Shown: positions 26,480 to 41,835, counted from the first letter of the stretch. The stretch: DNA of 64,000 nucleotides from Escherichia coli (GCF_016026235.1 NZ_CP065613.1); one strand, 5' to 3'. Numbers and translations: made by a program. Notes: a model not told the origin generated them from the letters alone.

Positions 26480-26498
26480 TGCGCCAAAATGTGGCGCA
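26480..26498 (+). promoter_or_regulatory. Palindrome tgcgccaaaatgtggcgca, candidate NtrC-type enhancer site
   Basis: Near-perfect inverted repeat about 100 bp upstream of the sigma54-like promoter; resembles the TGCACC-N5-GGTGCA class. Confidence 0.35.
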
Positions 26499-26587
26499 TG
26501 TTTCATTTTCGCACCATTGCGGGGCGCTGTTTTTATTATTTCCTGTCTACACTCAGCTTATTGCGACGCGAAATCGGGCGCAAAAGC

Positions 26588-26603
26588 TGGCACTACTTTT
26601 GCT
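26588..26603 (+). promoter_or_regulatory. Sigma54-type promoter (-24 TGGCAC / -12 TTGCT) upstream of yhdWXYZ
   Basis: tggcactacttttgct matches the TGGCAC-N5-TTGC(A/T) consensus with correct spacing, about 80 nt upstream of the yhdW ATG. Confidence 0.55.
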
Positions 26604-26683
26604 TATAAGAGGATGGCCACAGACAGGTAAAAGACGTTTCCCAAACGTCCTATAACGATAATTTTCGCCTCACAGGAAGCATT

Positions 26684-27698
26684 ATGAAAAAGATGATGAT
26701 AGCCCGCCAGCGTGCTGCTTGCCGTTGCAAATCAGGCGCATGCTGGCGCGACGCTTGATGCCGTTCAGAAAAAAGGTTTTGTGCAATGCGGGATCAGTGA
26801 TGGATTACCTGGGTTCTCTTATGCCGATGCAGACGGTAAGTTTTCAGGTATTGATGTTGATGTTTGTCGTGGTGTTGCCGCTGCTGTATTTGGTGACGAC
26901 ACGAAAGTGAAATATACCCCACTCACAGCAAAAGAACGCTTCACGGCTTTACAGTCAGGGGAAGTGGATTTGCTCTCCCGTAATACGACCTGGACTTCAT
27001 CTCGCGACGCCGGGATGGGAATGGCATTTACTGGCGTCACTTATTACGACGGCATTGGCTTCCTGACGCACGATAAAGCGGGGCTAAAAAGCGCGAAAGA
27101 ACTGGATGGCGCTACCGTCTGTATTCAGGCGGGTACTGATACCGAACTCAACGTCGCCGACTATTTCAAGGCAAACAATATGAAGTACACACCAGTGACT
27201 TTCGATCGTTCTGACGAATCAGCGAAGGCACTGGAATCCGGTCGCTGCGATACGCTGGCCTCGGATCAGTCGCAACTGTATGCCCTGCGCATCAAATTAA
27301 GCAACCCGGCTGAATGGATTGTCTTACCGGAGGTTATCTCTAAAGAACCGCTTGGGCCGGTAGTTCGTCGTGGCGATGATGAATGGTTCTCGATTGTACG
27401 CTGGACGCTTTTCGCCATGCTAAATGCTGAAGAGATGGGCATCAATTCCCAGAACGTCGATGAAAAAGCGGCTAATCCAGCAACGCCTGATATGGCACAT
27501 CTGCTGGGTAAAGAAGGCGATTACGGCAAGGATCTGAAGTTGGATAATAAATGGGCCTATAACATCATCAAACAGGTGGGTAACTACTCGGAAATTTTTG
27601 AGCGTAACGTAGGTTCAGAAAGCCCGCTGAAAATTAAACGTGGGCAAAATAATCTCTGGAATAACGGCGGTATTCAGTACGCACCGCCCGTGCGTTAA
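26684..27698 (+). pseudogene. yhdW: yhdW, polar amino acid ABC transporter periplasmic binding protein; 5' frameshift separates the signal-peptide start from the body
   Basis: ATG at 26684 (MKKMMIA...) runs 24 codons to a TGA; the 328 aa body (26712..27698) is in the +1 frame and begins mid signal peptide (LLAVANQAHA|GATLD). Confidence 0.6.
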
Positions 27699-27765
27699 GT
27701 CGGTGTGAGGTAACGAGCGTCGCTACGGCGGCGCTCTCTTCAGCGTTATGCTTTCCGAGGTTTCT

Positions 27766-28947
27766 ATGTCTCATCGCCGCTCAACCGTTAAAGGCTCACT
27801 CTCTTTTGCCAACCCTACGGTTCGCGCCTGGTTATTCCAGATCCTTGCCGTTGTTGCTGTTGTCGGCATTGTTGGTTGGTTATTTCACAACACTGTTACG
27901 AATCTCAATAATCGTGGCATTACTTCAGGTTTTGCCTTTCTGGATCGCGGCGCTGGCTTCGGTATTGTCCAGCATTTGATCGATTACCAGCAGGGCGACA
28001 CCTACGGACGCGTTTTTATTGTCGGCTTACTCAATACGCTACTGGTTTCTGCATTGTGTATTGTGTTCGCTTCTGTTTTGGGCTTCTTTATCGGTCTGGC
28101 GAGACTTTCGGATAACTGGCTGCTACGAAAGCTTTCCACAATTTATATTGAGATCTTCCGTAATATTCCCCCGCTGCTGCAAATCTTCTTCTGGTACTTT
28201 GCCGTGTTGCGCAATTTGCCCGGACCACGCCAGGCTGTGAGCGCGTTTGATCTGGCCTTTTTGAGCAATCGTGGGCTTTATATTCCGTCACCGCAGCTGG
28301 GAGACGGATTTATTGCGTTTATCCTGGCTGTTGTTATGGCTATAGTCCTTTCTGTTGGACTATTCCGCTTTAATAAAACATACCAGATAAAGACCGGACA
28401 GCTGCGCCGCACCTGGCCCATCGCCGCAGTGTTGATCATCGGTTTGCCTTTACTGGCGCAATGGCTTTTTGGCGCAGCACTACACTGGGATGTCCCAGCC
28501 CTACGAGGCTTTAACTTCCGCGGCGGGATGGTTTTAATTCCTGAACTGGCAGCCTTAACGCTGGCACTTTCGGTTTATACATCTGCATTTATCGCCGAGA
28601 TTATCCGCGCTGGGATCCAGGCAGTGCCTTATGGTCAACATGAAGCGGCTCGGTCACTGGGATTACCCAACCCGGTTACGCTACGCCAGGTCATTATTCC
28701 CCAGGCACTGCGGGTGATTATTCCACCGTTAACCAGCCAGTATCTCAACATCGTCAAAAACTCCTCTCTTGCCGCCGCTATTGGCTATCCCGATATGGTT
28801 TCGCTGTTTGCTGGCACCGTGCTGAACCAGACGGGGCAAGCCATCGAGACGATAGCCATGACCATGTCGGTCTATCTGATTATCAGCCTGACTATCTCGC
28901 TGCTGATGAATATCTATAACCGCCGCATCGCGATCGTGGAACGCTAA
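27766..28947 (+). CDS. yhdX: ABC transporter permease YhdX
   Basis: 393 aa from MSHRRSTVKGSLSF; polytopic permease with ABC TMD (EAA-like loop). Confidence 0.88.
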   Translation: MSHRRSTVKGSLSFANPTVRAWLFQILAVVAVVGIVGWLFHNTVTNLNNRGITSGFAFLDRGAGFGIVQHLIDYQQGDTYGRVFIVGLLNTLLVSALCIVFASVLGFFIGLARLSDNWLLRKLSTIYIEIFRNIPPLLQIFFWYFAVLRNLPGPRQAVSAFDLAFLSNRGLYIPSPQLGDGFIAFILAVVMAIVLSVGLFRFNKTYQIKTGQLRRTWPIAAVLIIGLPLLAQWLFGAALHWDVPALRGFNFRGGMVLIPELAALTLALSVYTSAFIAEIIRAGIQAVPYGQHEAARSLGLPNPVTLRQVIIPQALRVIIPPLTSQYLNIVKNSSLAAAIGYPDMVSLFAGTVLNQTGQAIETIAMTMSVYLIISLTISLLMNIYNRRIAIVER

Positions 28948-28953
28948 GGAGTC

Positions 28954-30060
28954 ATGATGACAAAAGTATTGCTGTCTCATCCCTCGCGCCCGGCGAGCCA
29001 TAACTCAAGCCGCGCGATGGTGTGGGTGCGAAAAAATCTGTTCTCCAGCTGGAGCAATAGCCTGCTGACTATTGGCTGCATATGGTTGATGTGGGAACTG
29101 ATCCCACCGTTGCTGAACTGGGCATTTTTGCAGGCTAACTGGGTTGGCTCAACGCGTGCCGACTGCACAAAAGCCGGTGCCTGTTGGGTCTTCATCCACG
29201 AACGATTTGGTCAGTTTATGTATGGACTTTACCCACACGACCAACGCTGGCGAATTAACCTGGCATTACTGATTGGCCTTGTGTCAATCGCACCAATGTT
29301 CTGGAAAATACTCCCGCATCGCGGTCGCTATATTGCGGTCTGGGCAGTGATTTACCCACTGATTGTCTGGTGGCTGATGTATGGCGGTTTTTTTGCTCTT
29401 GAGCGGGTTGAAACCCGGCAATGGGGCGGGCTGACGCTAACTTTAATTATTGCATCAGTTGGGATTGCGGGGGCGCTACCGTGGGGGATCTTACTGGCGT
29501 TAGGTCGCCGCTCCCATATGCCGATTGTGCGTATCTTATCGGTCATTTTTATCGAGTTCTGGCGCGGCGTACCGCTGATTACCGTATTGTTTATGTCTTC
29601 GGTCATGCTGCCTTTGTTTATGGCAGAAGGCACCAGTATCGACAAACTGATCCGCGCGCTGGTTGGCGTGATCCTGTTTCAGTCAGCATATGTTGCGGAA
29701 GTCGTGCGAGGTGGATTACAGGCGCTGCCTAAAGGGCAATATGAAGCGGCAGAGTCGCTGGCGTTGGGTTACTGGAAAACTCAGGGGCTGGTTATTCTGC
29801 CACAGGCGTTGAAGCTGGTAATTCCTGGGCTGGTAAATACCATCATCGCACTCTTCAAAGATACCAGCCTGGTGATCATTATCGGGTTGTTCGATCTTTT
29901 CAGTAGCGTTCAGCAGGCAACCGTTGATCCCGCCTGGTTGGGTATGTCGACGGAAGGGTATGTTTTCGCCGCGCTGATCTACTGGATCTTCTGTTTCAGC
30001 ATGTCGCGCTATAGCCAGCATCTGGAAAAACGTTTTAATACCGGGCGTACACCGCATTGA
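28954..30060 (+). CDS. yhdY: ABC transporter permease YhdY
   Basis: About 367 aa polytopic permease; true start may be the second Met. Confidence 0.88.
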   Translation: MMTKVLLSHPSRPASHNSSRAMVWVRKNLFSSWSNSLLTIGCIWLMWELIPPLLNWAFLQANWVGSTRADCTKAGACWVFIHERFGQFMYGLYPHDQRWRINLALLIGLVSIAPMFWKILPHRGRYIAVWAVIYPLIVWWLMYGGFFALERVETRQWGGLTLTLIIASVGIAGALPWGILLALGRRSHMPIVRILSVIFIEFWRGVPLITVLFMSSVMLPLFMAEGTSIDKLIRALVGVILFQSAYVAEVVRGGLQALPKGQYEAAESLALGYWKTQGLVILPQALKLVIPGLVNTIIALFKDTSLVIIIGLFDLFSSVQQATVDPAWLGMSTEGYVFAALIYWIFCFSMSRYSQHLEKRFNTGRTPH

Positions 30061-30067
30061 GGACACT

Positions 30068-30826
30068 ATGAGCCAAATTTTACTACAACCTGCTAACGCG
30101 ATGATTACGCTGGAAAACGTCAATAAATGGTATGGACAATTCCATGTTTTGAAAAATATAAATTTAATCGTGCAACCGGGCGAACGGATCGTTCTGTGTG
30201 GCCCTTCAGGTTCCGGTAAATCGACAACCATTCGTTGTATTAATCATCTGGAAGAACATCAACAGGGACGGATCGTGGTAGATGGCATCGAACTTAATGA
30301 AGATATCCGCAATATTGAGCGCGTCCGGCAGGAAGTGGGAATGGTCTTTCAGCATTTCAATCTCTTCCCTCATCTGACCGTTCTACAGAACTGTACCCTG
30401 GCACCGATTTGGGTACGCAAGATGCCAAAGAAAGAGGCTGAAGCTCTGGCGATGCATTACCTTGAGCGGGTGAGAATTGCCGAACATGCGCATAAGTTTC
30501 CCGGACAGATTTCAGGTGGTCAGCAGCAACGCGTTGCCATTGCGCGCTCGCTGTGTATGAAGCCGAAAATTATGTTGTTTGATGAGCCCACATCGGCGCT
30601 CGATCCGGAGATGGTGAAAGAGGTGCTGGATACGATGATTGGGCTGGCGCAATCGGGTATGACAATGTTGTGTGTAACCCATGAGATGGGGTTTGCGCGA
30701 ACCGTCGCTGACCGGGTGATTTTTATGGATCGGGGCGAAATAGTGGAGCAAGCTGCACCGGATGAGTTTTTTGCGCATCCTAAGTCAGAGCGTACGAGGG
30801 CATTTTTATCGCAGGTAATCCATTAA
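30068..30826 (+). CDS. yhdZ: ABC transporter ATP-binding protein YhdZ
   Basis: 252 aa; Walker [10 protein letters not shown], signature LSGGQQQR, Walker [12 protein letters not shown]. Confidence 0.93.
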   Translation: MSQILLQPANAMITLENVNKWYGQFHVLKNINLIVQPGERIVLCGPSGSGKSTTIRCINHLEEHQQGRIVVDGIELNEDIRNIERVRQEVGMVFQHFNLFPHLTVLQNCTLAPIWVRKMPKKEAEALAMHYLERVRIAEHAHKFPGQISGGQQQRVAIARSLCMKPKIMLFDEPTSALDPEMVKEVLDTMIGLAQSGMTMLCVTHEMGFARTVADRVIFMDRGEIVEQAAPDEFFAHPKSERTRAFLSQVIH

Positions 30827-30847
30827 TTGAATGTTCGTTCGAAAAGC

Positions 30848-30875
30848 ATAAAGGCCATCCTTTCGGATGGCCTTT
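30848..30875. terminator. rrnD distal terminator (T2-like), bidirectional hairpin also placed to terminate yhdZ
   Basis: aaaggccatcctttcggatggccttt, same architecture as the rrnB T2 hairpin. Confidence 0.7.
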
Positions 30876-31010
30876 CGCTTGATTTGATGTCTGGCAGTTT
30901 ATGGCGGGCGTCCTGCCCGCCACCCTCCGGGCCGTTGCTTCGCAACATTCAAATCAGCTCCCGGCGGATTTGTCCTGGTTGGGAGAGTGTTCACCGACAA
31001 ACAACAGATA

Positions 31011-31050
31011 AAACAAAAGGCCCAGTCTTCCGACTGAGCCTTTTGTTTTA
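31011..31050 (-). terminator. rrnD T1 terminator after the distal 5S gene
   Basis: aaaacaaaaggcccagtcttccgactgagccttttgtttt hairpin immediately 3' of rrfF on the minus strand. Confidence 0.75.
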
Positions 31051-31054
31051 TTTG

Positions 31055-31174
31055 ATGTCTGGCAGTTCCCTACTCTCGCATGGGGAGACCCCACACTACC
31101 ATCGGCGCTACGGCGTTTCACTTCTGAGTTCGGCATGGGGTCAGGTGGGACCACCGCGCTACTGCCGCCAGACA
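31055..31174 (-). rRNA. rrfF: 5S rRNA, distal copy of rrnD
   Basis: Reverse complement matches the E. coli 5S sequence over 120 nt with a few substitutions. Confidence 0.93.
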
Positions 31175-31211
31175 AATTCTTTTCTAATCTGCCGAACTTT
31201 AACCTAAAAAG

Positions 31212-31287
31212 TGGTGCTGATACCCAGAGTCGAACTGGGGACCTCACCCTTACCAAGGGTGCGCTCTACCAACTGAGCCATATCAGC
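31212..31287 (-). tRNA. thrV: tRNA-Thr
   Basis: Reverse complement reads GCUGAUAUGGCUCAGUUGGUAGAGCGCACCCUUGGUAAGGGUGAGGUCCCCAGUUCGACUCUGGGUAUCAGCACCA. Confidence 0.93.
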
Positions 31288-31299
31288 ACGCTAAATTTG

Positions 31300-31419
31300 A
31301 TGCCTGGCAGTTCCCTACTCTCGCATGGGGAGACCCCACACTACCATCGGCGCTACGGCGTTTCACTTCTGAGTTCGGCATGGGGTCAGGTGGGACCACC
31401 GCGCTACGGCCGCCAGGCA
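31300..31419 (-). rRNA. rrfD: 5S rRNA, proximal copy of rrnD
   Basis: Reverse complement matches canonical E. coli 5S rRNA (UGCCUGGCGGCCGUAGCGCGG ... GCCAGGCAU). Confidence 0.95.
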
Positions 31420-31512
31420 AATTCTGTTTTATCAGACCGCTTCTGCGTTCTGATTTAATCTGTATCAGGCTGAAAATCTTCTCTCAATCCGCCAAAACAC
31501 CTTCGGCGTTGT

Positions 31513-34412
<2,900 letters not shown>

Positions 34413-34595
34413 TCACAACCCGAAGATGTTTCTTTCGATTCATCATCGTGTTGCGAAAATTTGAGAGACTCACGAACAACTTGCGTTGTTCAGTGTTTCA
34501 ATTTTCAGCTTGATCCAGATTTTTAAAGAGCAAAACTTCGCAGTGAACCTTTGCAGGTACACTCTGAAGTATTTTTTATTTAATCACTACAGAGA

Positions 34596-34671
34596 TGGTG
34601 GAGCTATGCGGGATCGAACCGCAGACCTCCTGCGTGCAAAGCAGGCGCTCTCCCAGCTGAGCTATAGCCCC
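34596..34671 (-). tRNA. alaU: tRNA-Ala (UGC) in the 16S-23S spacer
   Basis: Reverse complement reads GGGGCUAUAGCUCAGCUGGGAGAGCGCCUGCUUUGCACGCAGGAGGUCUGCGGUUCGAUCCCGCAUAGCUCCACCA. Confidence 0.95.
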
Positions 34672-34713
34672 ATAACATGTAGTTAAAACCTCTTCAAATT
34701 TGCCGTGCAAATT

Positions 34714-34790
<77 letters not shown>

Positions 34791-34858
34791 GTAGAGGTTT
34801 TACTGCTCATTTTCATCAGACAATCTGTGTGAGCACTGCAAAGTACGCTTCTTTAAGG

Positions 34859-36399
<1,541 letters not shown>

Positions 36400-36583
36400 A
36401 AAAGTTTGATGCTCAAAGAATTAAACTTCGTAATGAATTACGTGTTCACTCTTGAGACTTGGTATTCATTTTTCGTCTTGCGACGTTAAGAATCCGTATC
36501 TTCGAGTGCCCACACAGATTGTCTGATAAATTGTTAAAGAGCAGTTGCGACGCGGCTTTCAGCTCACTGTCGCGAGGTGGCGT

Positions 36584-36611
36584 ATATTACGCTTTCCTCT
36601 TTCAGAGTCAA
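36584..36611 (-). promoter_or_regulatory. rrnD P2 promoter
   Basis: On the minus strand TTGACT then 16 nt then TAATAT then GC-rich discriminator (acgccacctcgcg), about 200 nt upstream of the mature 16S 5' end. Confidence 0.6.
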
Positions 36612-36691
36612 CCCTGAATTTCAGGATTTTTTCTCTTCGTTGTTACGACCATCTTGTGAAGTGTTTCACGTTGTCGTCTCAACGGAGGCGC

Positions 36692-36719
36692 ATTATAGGG
36701 ATCCCAATTTTTTGCACAA
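36692..36719 (-). promoter_or_regulatory. rrnD P1 promoter with upstream A/T-rich UP / Fis region (to about 36860)
   Basis: On the minus strand cTTGTGCaaaaaattgggatcccTATAATgcgcctcc, with A/T tracts immediately upstream. Confidence 0.6.
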
Positions 36720-36871
36720 GTACTTTTTTGATCTTTTTTTCTGTTTGTTGTTTTTTCACCCTTTTTGCTGCATTCGCACACAAAACGGTGCTTTTTTGCA
36801 TACTAAAAGACTTGCACAAGGCCAATAATGCCCCCAAAGTCATTAGTAAATCATTTATTGCTGAGGTAAGT

Positions 36872-37426
36872 ATGTCTGATGTTTTACGCCCATACCGCGA
36901 TCTTTTTCCACAAATCGGTCAGCGCGTAATGATCGACGATAGCAGTGTCGTGATTGGTGACGTTCGTCTGGCTGATGATGTGGGGATCTGGCCGCTCGTT
37001 GTGATTCGTGGAGATGTACATTATGTACAGATCGGAGCACGCACCAATATCCAGGATGGCAGTATGTTGCATGTCACTCATAAATCCTCGTACAACCCAG
37101 ATGGCAACCCATTAACCATTGGCGAAGATGTCACTGTTGGTCACAAGGTGATGCTCCACGGCTGCACCATTGGCAATCGAGTTTTGGTTGGGATGGGCTC
37201 AATTTTACTTGATGGCGCAATAGTAGAAGATGATGTGATGATTGGTGCGGGTAGTCTGGTCCCACAAAATAAACGGCTGGAGAGCGGATATCTGTATCTC
37301 GGTAGCCCCGTCAAACAGATCCGCCCGTTAAGTGATGAAGAGAAGGCTGGGTTACGCTATTCCGCGAATAATTACGTGAAATGGAAGGACGAATATCTGG
37401 ATCAGGGTAACCAGACCCAGCCTTGA
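36872..37426 (+). CDS. yrdA: Hexapeptide-repeat (gamma-carbonic-anhydrase-like) protein YrdA
   Basis: 184 aa from MSDVLRPYRDLFPQIGQRVMIDDSSVVIGDV; the track ORF at 36545 is an artefactual 5' extension. Confidence 0.9.
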   Translation: MSDVLRPYRDLFPQIGQRVMIDDSSVVIGDVRLADDVGIWPLVVIRGDVHYVQIGARTNIQDGSMLHVTHKSSYNPDGNPLTIGEDVTVGHKVMLHGCTIGNRVLVGMGSILLDGAIVEDDVMIGAGSLVPQNKRLESGYLYLGSPVKQIRPLSDEEKAGLRYSANNYVKWKDEYLDQGNQTQP

Positions 37427-37659
37427 TCATCTTCACTTTGTTCCTGAATTAAGTTTTCCGCTTCTTCTTCCAGGTCCCAGCGATGCTGACGAAAACTCGC
37501 TAACCACTGTTCTGGCGTATCTCCAGTAAAGCGATACGCCAGACTCTCGCCAGAGATCGCGCATGTCAGTTGCATACCATTCACGAGAGCGGGAAAACAT
37601 ACACATTTTTTATTCTCGTCCCACTCTTCCCTGTCCGGAAACTGGATGGCCTGATTCAC
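37402..37659 (-). CDS. yrdB: Small acidic protein YrdB
   Basis: 85 aa, overlaps the aroE start; conserved aroE-yrdB arrangement. Confidence 0.8.
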   Translation of the reverse strand: MNQAIQFPDREEWDENKKCVCFPALVNGMQLTCAISGESLAYRFTGDTPEQWLASFRQHRWDLEEEAENLIQEQSEDDQGWVWLP

Positions 37660-38474
37660 GCGGACAATTCCTCCTGCAATTGCTTTATAACTGGTTCTAC
37701 GTCAGGCAGAACACCGTGCCAGAGAAGAAAGGCATGAGCCGCCTGTGCCACCAGCATTCCTAAACCATCAGCATTACGCTTTGAGCCTCGCTGCTCACAC
37801 CATGCCAGAAAAGGAGTTTTTCCTTTCTGATAGAACATGTCATAGCAATAAATGCCTGGATGAATGAGCGATGACGGGATCGCCGGAATATCACCACTGA
37901 TGCCACTGGATGTTGCATTAATAATGAGATCAAACTCATGACCTTCCAGTTCGTCCATACCCAACGCCTGAATACTGCCAGTGTGCGCAAACAATTTAGC
38001 CAACTCTTCCGCGCGGGATACCGTCCGATTAGTGATTGTCACCGCACAGTCCAGGGAAAGAAGTGGCAGTAGTACGCCGCGAGATGCTCCACCAGCGCCG
38101 ATGAGCAGAATACGTAAACCAGGACGGATAAAAGACAGACGTTCCAGATCGCTTAACAAACCTATACCATCGGTATTGTCACCCAGCAGGCGTCCATCTT
38201 CTAACCGCTTGAGGGTATTAACAGCACCAGCCAACGCTGCCCGTTCAGTAAGCTCATCCGCTCTGGCAAAAGCCTCTTCTTTAAAAGGCACCGTCACATT
38301 CGCACCTTTACCACCAGCACGAAAGAAAGCGTTCAGTGTGTTGATGAAATCATTGATGGGTGCCAACACGCGCCCATAGGGATGTTCAATATTCAGTTGC
38401 TGAGCAAATTGCTGATGAATGAATGGCGATTTGCTGTGGGCTATCGGATTACCAAAAACAGCATAGGTTTCCAT
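37656..38474 (-). CDS. aroE: Shikimate dehydrogenase
   Basis: [24 protein letters not shown] start gives 272 aa; NADP Rossmann motif GAGGASRG. Confidence 0.93.
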   Translation of the reverse strand: METYAVFGNPIAHSKSPFIHQQFAQQLNIEHPYGRVLAPINDFINTLNAFFRAGGKGANVTVPFKEEAFARADELTERAALAGAVNTLKRLEDGRLLGDNTDGIGLLSDLERLSFIRPGLRILLIGAGGASRGVLLPLLSLDCAVTITNRTVSRAEELAKLFAHTGSIQALGMDELEGHEFDLIINATSSGISGDIPAIPSSLIHPGIYCYDMFYQKGKTPFLAWCEQRGSKRNADGLGMLVAQAAHAFLLWHGVLPDVEPVIKQLQEELSA

Positions 38475-38478
38475 TATG

Positions 38479-39051
38479 TTACCCCTGTCGAAACAGTTCA
38501 CCCGTCAGGGCATCGCGGATTTCTGAAGGATTTAAACGCCCCCCCGTTTCACCAGGCACAACCGGGAACGCCGCGCCAAATTGTGCGCGAACTTCGTCTA
38601 CTGTTCGACAAGGTGGCAATCCACTCAAGTTGGCACTGGTAGAAACCAGCGGTTTACCATAAGCTTGGCACAAAGCAACCACCAACGGATGGTCGGTGAC
38701 TCGTACAGCAAGCGAATCAAAGCGGCCCGTCAACCAGCGCGGTGTTGTCGCAGGCGCGGGAAAGACAAAGGTGACAGGACCTGGCCAGCGGGAAAAAATG
38801 GTTTCACGCTGCGCATCAGTCAGCATGGTGTCATCAATATAGGGTTTAAGCTGCTCGTAATTTGCCGCGATTAAAATCAGCCCCTTATCAACCGGACGCT
38901 GTTTTAACTCCAACAGTCTCATCACTGCTGTTTCGCTATCAGGATCGCAGCCGACACCGAAAACAGCTTCCGTTGGATAGGCGATGACACGTTCTTCATT
39001 GAGGACATCTATCGCAGCTGCGATAGCGTCTCCTTGCAGGTTATTATTCAC
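38479..39051 (-). CDS. tsaC: Threonylcarbamoyl-AMP synthase TsaC (YrdC)
   Basis: 190 aa assuming GTG initiation ([32 protein letters not shown]); the track ORF starts 15 codons upstream at an ATG. Confidence 0.85.
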
Positions 39052-39055
39052 GTTA

Positions 39056-39598
39056 TTATTCCGCCGAAACCGGCTTTCCACATTGTTTACTGGCACAAAA
39101 GTGTTTTACACCCTGCGCGGTTTTCTTTTCGATGAGTAGCGGATAATGACACTCAGGGCACTCTCCGGCTATTGGTTTGAAGTTAATAGCAAATTGACAC
39201 TCAGGGTAGCGATCACAGGAGTGAAATGTTTTGCCATAACGGGAGCGGCGCTGGACCAGATGGCCCGTCCGACATTGGGGGCATGTAATTGCTGTTTCGT
39301 CCGGTTTATCGATAAGTTCGGTATGTTCGCATTCAGGGTAGTTACTGCAACCAATAAACATACCAAAGCGTCCCTGGCGTAATACCAGATTTGCGCCACA
39401 TGCAGGGCAAACCTGCCCCTCCAGAACTTTGACAATATGTCCATCCGCTGAAGATTTCAGAGGACGGACGTAGTCACACGCCGGATACTGTGAGCATCCA
39501 AGAAACGGACCGTGTTTCCCGGATCGAATAACCAGTTCAGCCCCGCACTTTGGGCAGGACTCATTATTACGCACCGTGAACAGTGCTGATTTCGCCAT
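39056..39598 (-). CDS. yrdD: Topoisomerase I-type zinc-ribbon protein YrdD
   Basis: 180 aa with repeated CxxC...CxxC zinc-ribbon motifs. Confidence 0.85.
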   Translation of the reverse strand: MAKSALFTVRNNESCPKCGAELVIRSGKHGPFLGCSQYPACDYVRPLKSSADGHIVKVLEGQVCPACGANLVLRQGRFGMFIGCSNYPECEHTELIDKPDETAITCPQCRTGHLVQRRSRYGKTFHSCDRYPECQFAINFKPIAGECPECHYPLLIEKKTAQGVKHFCASKQCGKPVSAE

Positions 39599-39626
39599 AA
39601 CAACTTATGCTGAATTAAAGAAATGA

Positions 39627-40100
39627 TTAATGCAGCATACCTTCATTCACTTCAAAGAGTAATTCTTCCATTTGCTGGTACGCATTTTCGCAGCCCGGAA
39701 TATTGAACAACACCATCAGGATTACCCATTTCAGGTCTTCCAGGTCGAACTCTGCGGTATCCAGCGCGAGCACTCGCTCTATCACCATTTCACGGGTTTC
39801 AAGGTTAATCACCTGAATTTGCTCAAGGAAAAGCAGAAAACCACGACAGCTGGCATCCAGTCTTTCACACTCCTCAGGGGTATAAATACGCATGGAGAGT
39901 GGATCAGAGGCCAGTTGCATCGGTTCTGCCAGTCCTTCCTGATAATCCGCAAGCTTTTCCAGCCAAAGCAGGGCATTGTAGATATCTTCTCGATCAAATC
40001 CTGCGTCGGTAAGATCCTGTTCAAGTTTGTCTTGATCCACACGCAACTCAGCTTCTGTGTGAATATAGGTTTCAAACAAATACATTAGTACGTCGAACAT
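39627..40100 (-). CDS. smg: Smg protein
   Basis: 157 aa acidic protein [23 protein letters not shown]; conserved dprA-smg pair. Confidence 0.9.
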   Translation of the reverse strand: MFDVLMYLFETYIHTEAELRVDQDKLEQDLTDAGFDREDIYNALLWLEKLADYQEGLAEPMQLASDPLSMRIYTPEECERLDASCRGFLLFLEQIQVINLETREMVIERVLALDTAEFDLEDLKWVILMVLFNIPGCENAYQQMEELLFEVNEGMLH

Positions 40101-41196
40101 GGCATGCCCTCCTCAATCGGACATAGCCGCCGGGTACAGCTGCGATCCATCCTGCTAACTCCAGTTCGAGTAGTTGAGTAACTACCTCTGGCACAGGTTG
40201 GCCGGCACGTTCAGCGACGACGTCAACAGGTGTTACCTCATCTCCTACGTTAGCCAGGAGCTCAGGAAATGGCAATGCCACGTCTTGCTGATCTGGTGAA
40301 TAAAATGAATTTTCAGGGGCGTCTGGCAACCAGTGCAATCCAAATTGCAAGTTTTCCAGAATTTCTTCCGGTTCCGTCACAAGAATCGCACCTTGTTTTA
40401 TTAACCAGTGAGGCCCTTCGCTTCCCGGATTCCCTATTGGTCCTGGCAAGGCAAAAACTTCACGCCCCTGCTCAAGCGCACAACGTGCTGTCACCAACGA
40501 ACCACTGCGCAAAGCCGCTTCCACCACCAGTACACCTTTACTTAGACCACTGATAATGCGATTTCTTCGTGGGAAATTGTAAGCAAGGGGTGGAACATCG
40601 AGGGGAAATTCCGAGACAAGTGCCCCACCATGTTCAAGCAAACTGGTAGCCAGTCGGGCATGGCGGCGCGGATGAATGGTATTAAGTCCGTTCCCCAATA
40701 CAGCAATGCTGACGCCATTTACCTGTAAGGCCGCTTTATGCGCCACACCATCGATTCCACGCGCCAGTCCACTCGTAATTGTCACTCCACGCGTGGCCAG
40801 AGTTTCGCAAAATAATCGTCCCCATCGCTCGCCATACCATGAATGCGCCCGACTCCCCACTACGGCAAGCTGAAATGAATGCAGCGCGTGCAGTTCTCCT
40901 TCAACAAACAGTGCGCCGGGGTAATCTGTCGTCGCCAGAAGTTGAGGAGGATAAAATTCGCTGTCCGCAGGGATTAAATGATGGTTGGGTTGCTCCAACC
41001 AACAAAGTGAGCTTTCGATACTCTTTCGCGGAAATGAAAGAAAGCGTTGTGCCTGCCGCAATGTAAGCCCTGTTTGCTGCAATACAACCGCATCAATATG
41101 CGACTGTTTTGCCAGCCAGTGAGCTATACGGACCATATCATCGCCGTACAAGCTGCTGATGCTCATTAAACGCAGCCAAATATCTGTATCGACCAT
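40072..41196 (-). CDS. dprA: DNA-processing protein DprA (Smf)
   Basis: 374 aa; Rossmann-like DprA domain ([15 protein letters not shown]). Confidence 0.9.
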   Translation of the reverse strand: MVDTDIWLRLMSISSLYGDDMVRIAHWLAKQSHIDAVVLQQTGLTLRQAQRFLSFPRKSIESSLCWLEQPNHHLIPADSEFYPPQLLATTDYPGALFVEGELHALHSFQLAVVGSRAHSWYGERWGRLFCETLATRGVTITSGLARGIDGVAHKAALQVNGVSIAVLGNGLNTIHPRRHARLATSLLEHGGALVSEFPLDVPPLAYNFPRRNRIISGLSKGVLVVEAALRSGSLVTARCALEQGREVFALPGPIGNPGSEGPHWLIKQGAILVTEPEEILENLQFGLHWLPDAPENSFYSPDQQDVALPFPELLANVGDEVTPVDVVAERAGQPVPEVVTQLLELELAGWIAAVPGGYVRLRRACHVRRTNVFV

Positions 41197-41325
41197 CCTT
41201 ATCTCCCTGCCATAAGCAGCCTTAGCAATCTTTGCGATTGGTCAGTGATGCTGTCAATCAGAGGGGGATTTGTCTAGAATAGAAGAAATAATCTTTCTAA
41301 CTCCTGAACACATCTCTGGAGATTT

Positions 41326-41835
41326 ATGTCAGTTTTGCAAGTGTTACATATTCCGGACGAGCGGCTTCGCAAAGTTGCTAAACCGGTAGAAGAAGTGAAT
41401 GCAGAAATTCAGCGTATCGTCGATGATATGTTCGAGACGATGTACGCAGAAGAAGGTATTGGCCTGGCGGCAACCCAGGTTGATATCCATCAACGTATCA
41501 TTGTTATTGATGTTTCGGAAAACCGTGACGAACGGCTGGTGTTAATCAATCCGGAGCTTTTAGAAAAAAGCGGCGAAACAGGCATTGAAGAAGGTTGCCT
41601 GTCGATCCCTGAACAACGTGCTTTAGTGCCACGCGCAGAGAAAGTTAAAATTCGCGCCCTGGACCGCGACGGTAAACCATTTGAACTGGAAGCAGACGGT
41701 CTGTTAGCCATCTGTATTCAGCATGAGATGGATCACCTGGTCGGCAAACTGTTTATGGATTATCTGTCACCGTTGAAACAACAACGTATTCGTCAGAAAG
41801 TTGAAAAACTGGATCGTCTGAAAGCCCGGGCTTAA
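41326..41835 (+). CDS. def: Peptide deformylase
   Basis: 169 aa; [29 protein letters not shown] and HEMDHL metal-binding motifs. Confidence 0.97.

Noticed and set aside
29716-30231. 171 aa minus-strand ORF spanning the yhdY / yhdZ junction
   Set aside because: Antisense to two intact ABC transporter genes, including the Walker A region of yhdZ; a shadow ORF.
36545-36871. 5' extension of the yrdA ORF to 293 aa (track ORF 36545..37426)
   Set aside because: The extension runs through the rrnD P1/P2 promoter region; YrdA homologues start at MSDVLRPY (36872), and the extension is low-complexity (Phe/Cys/Leu-rich).
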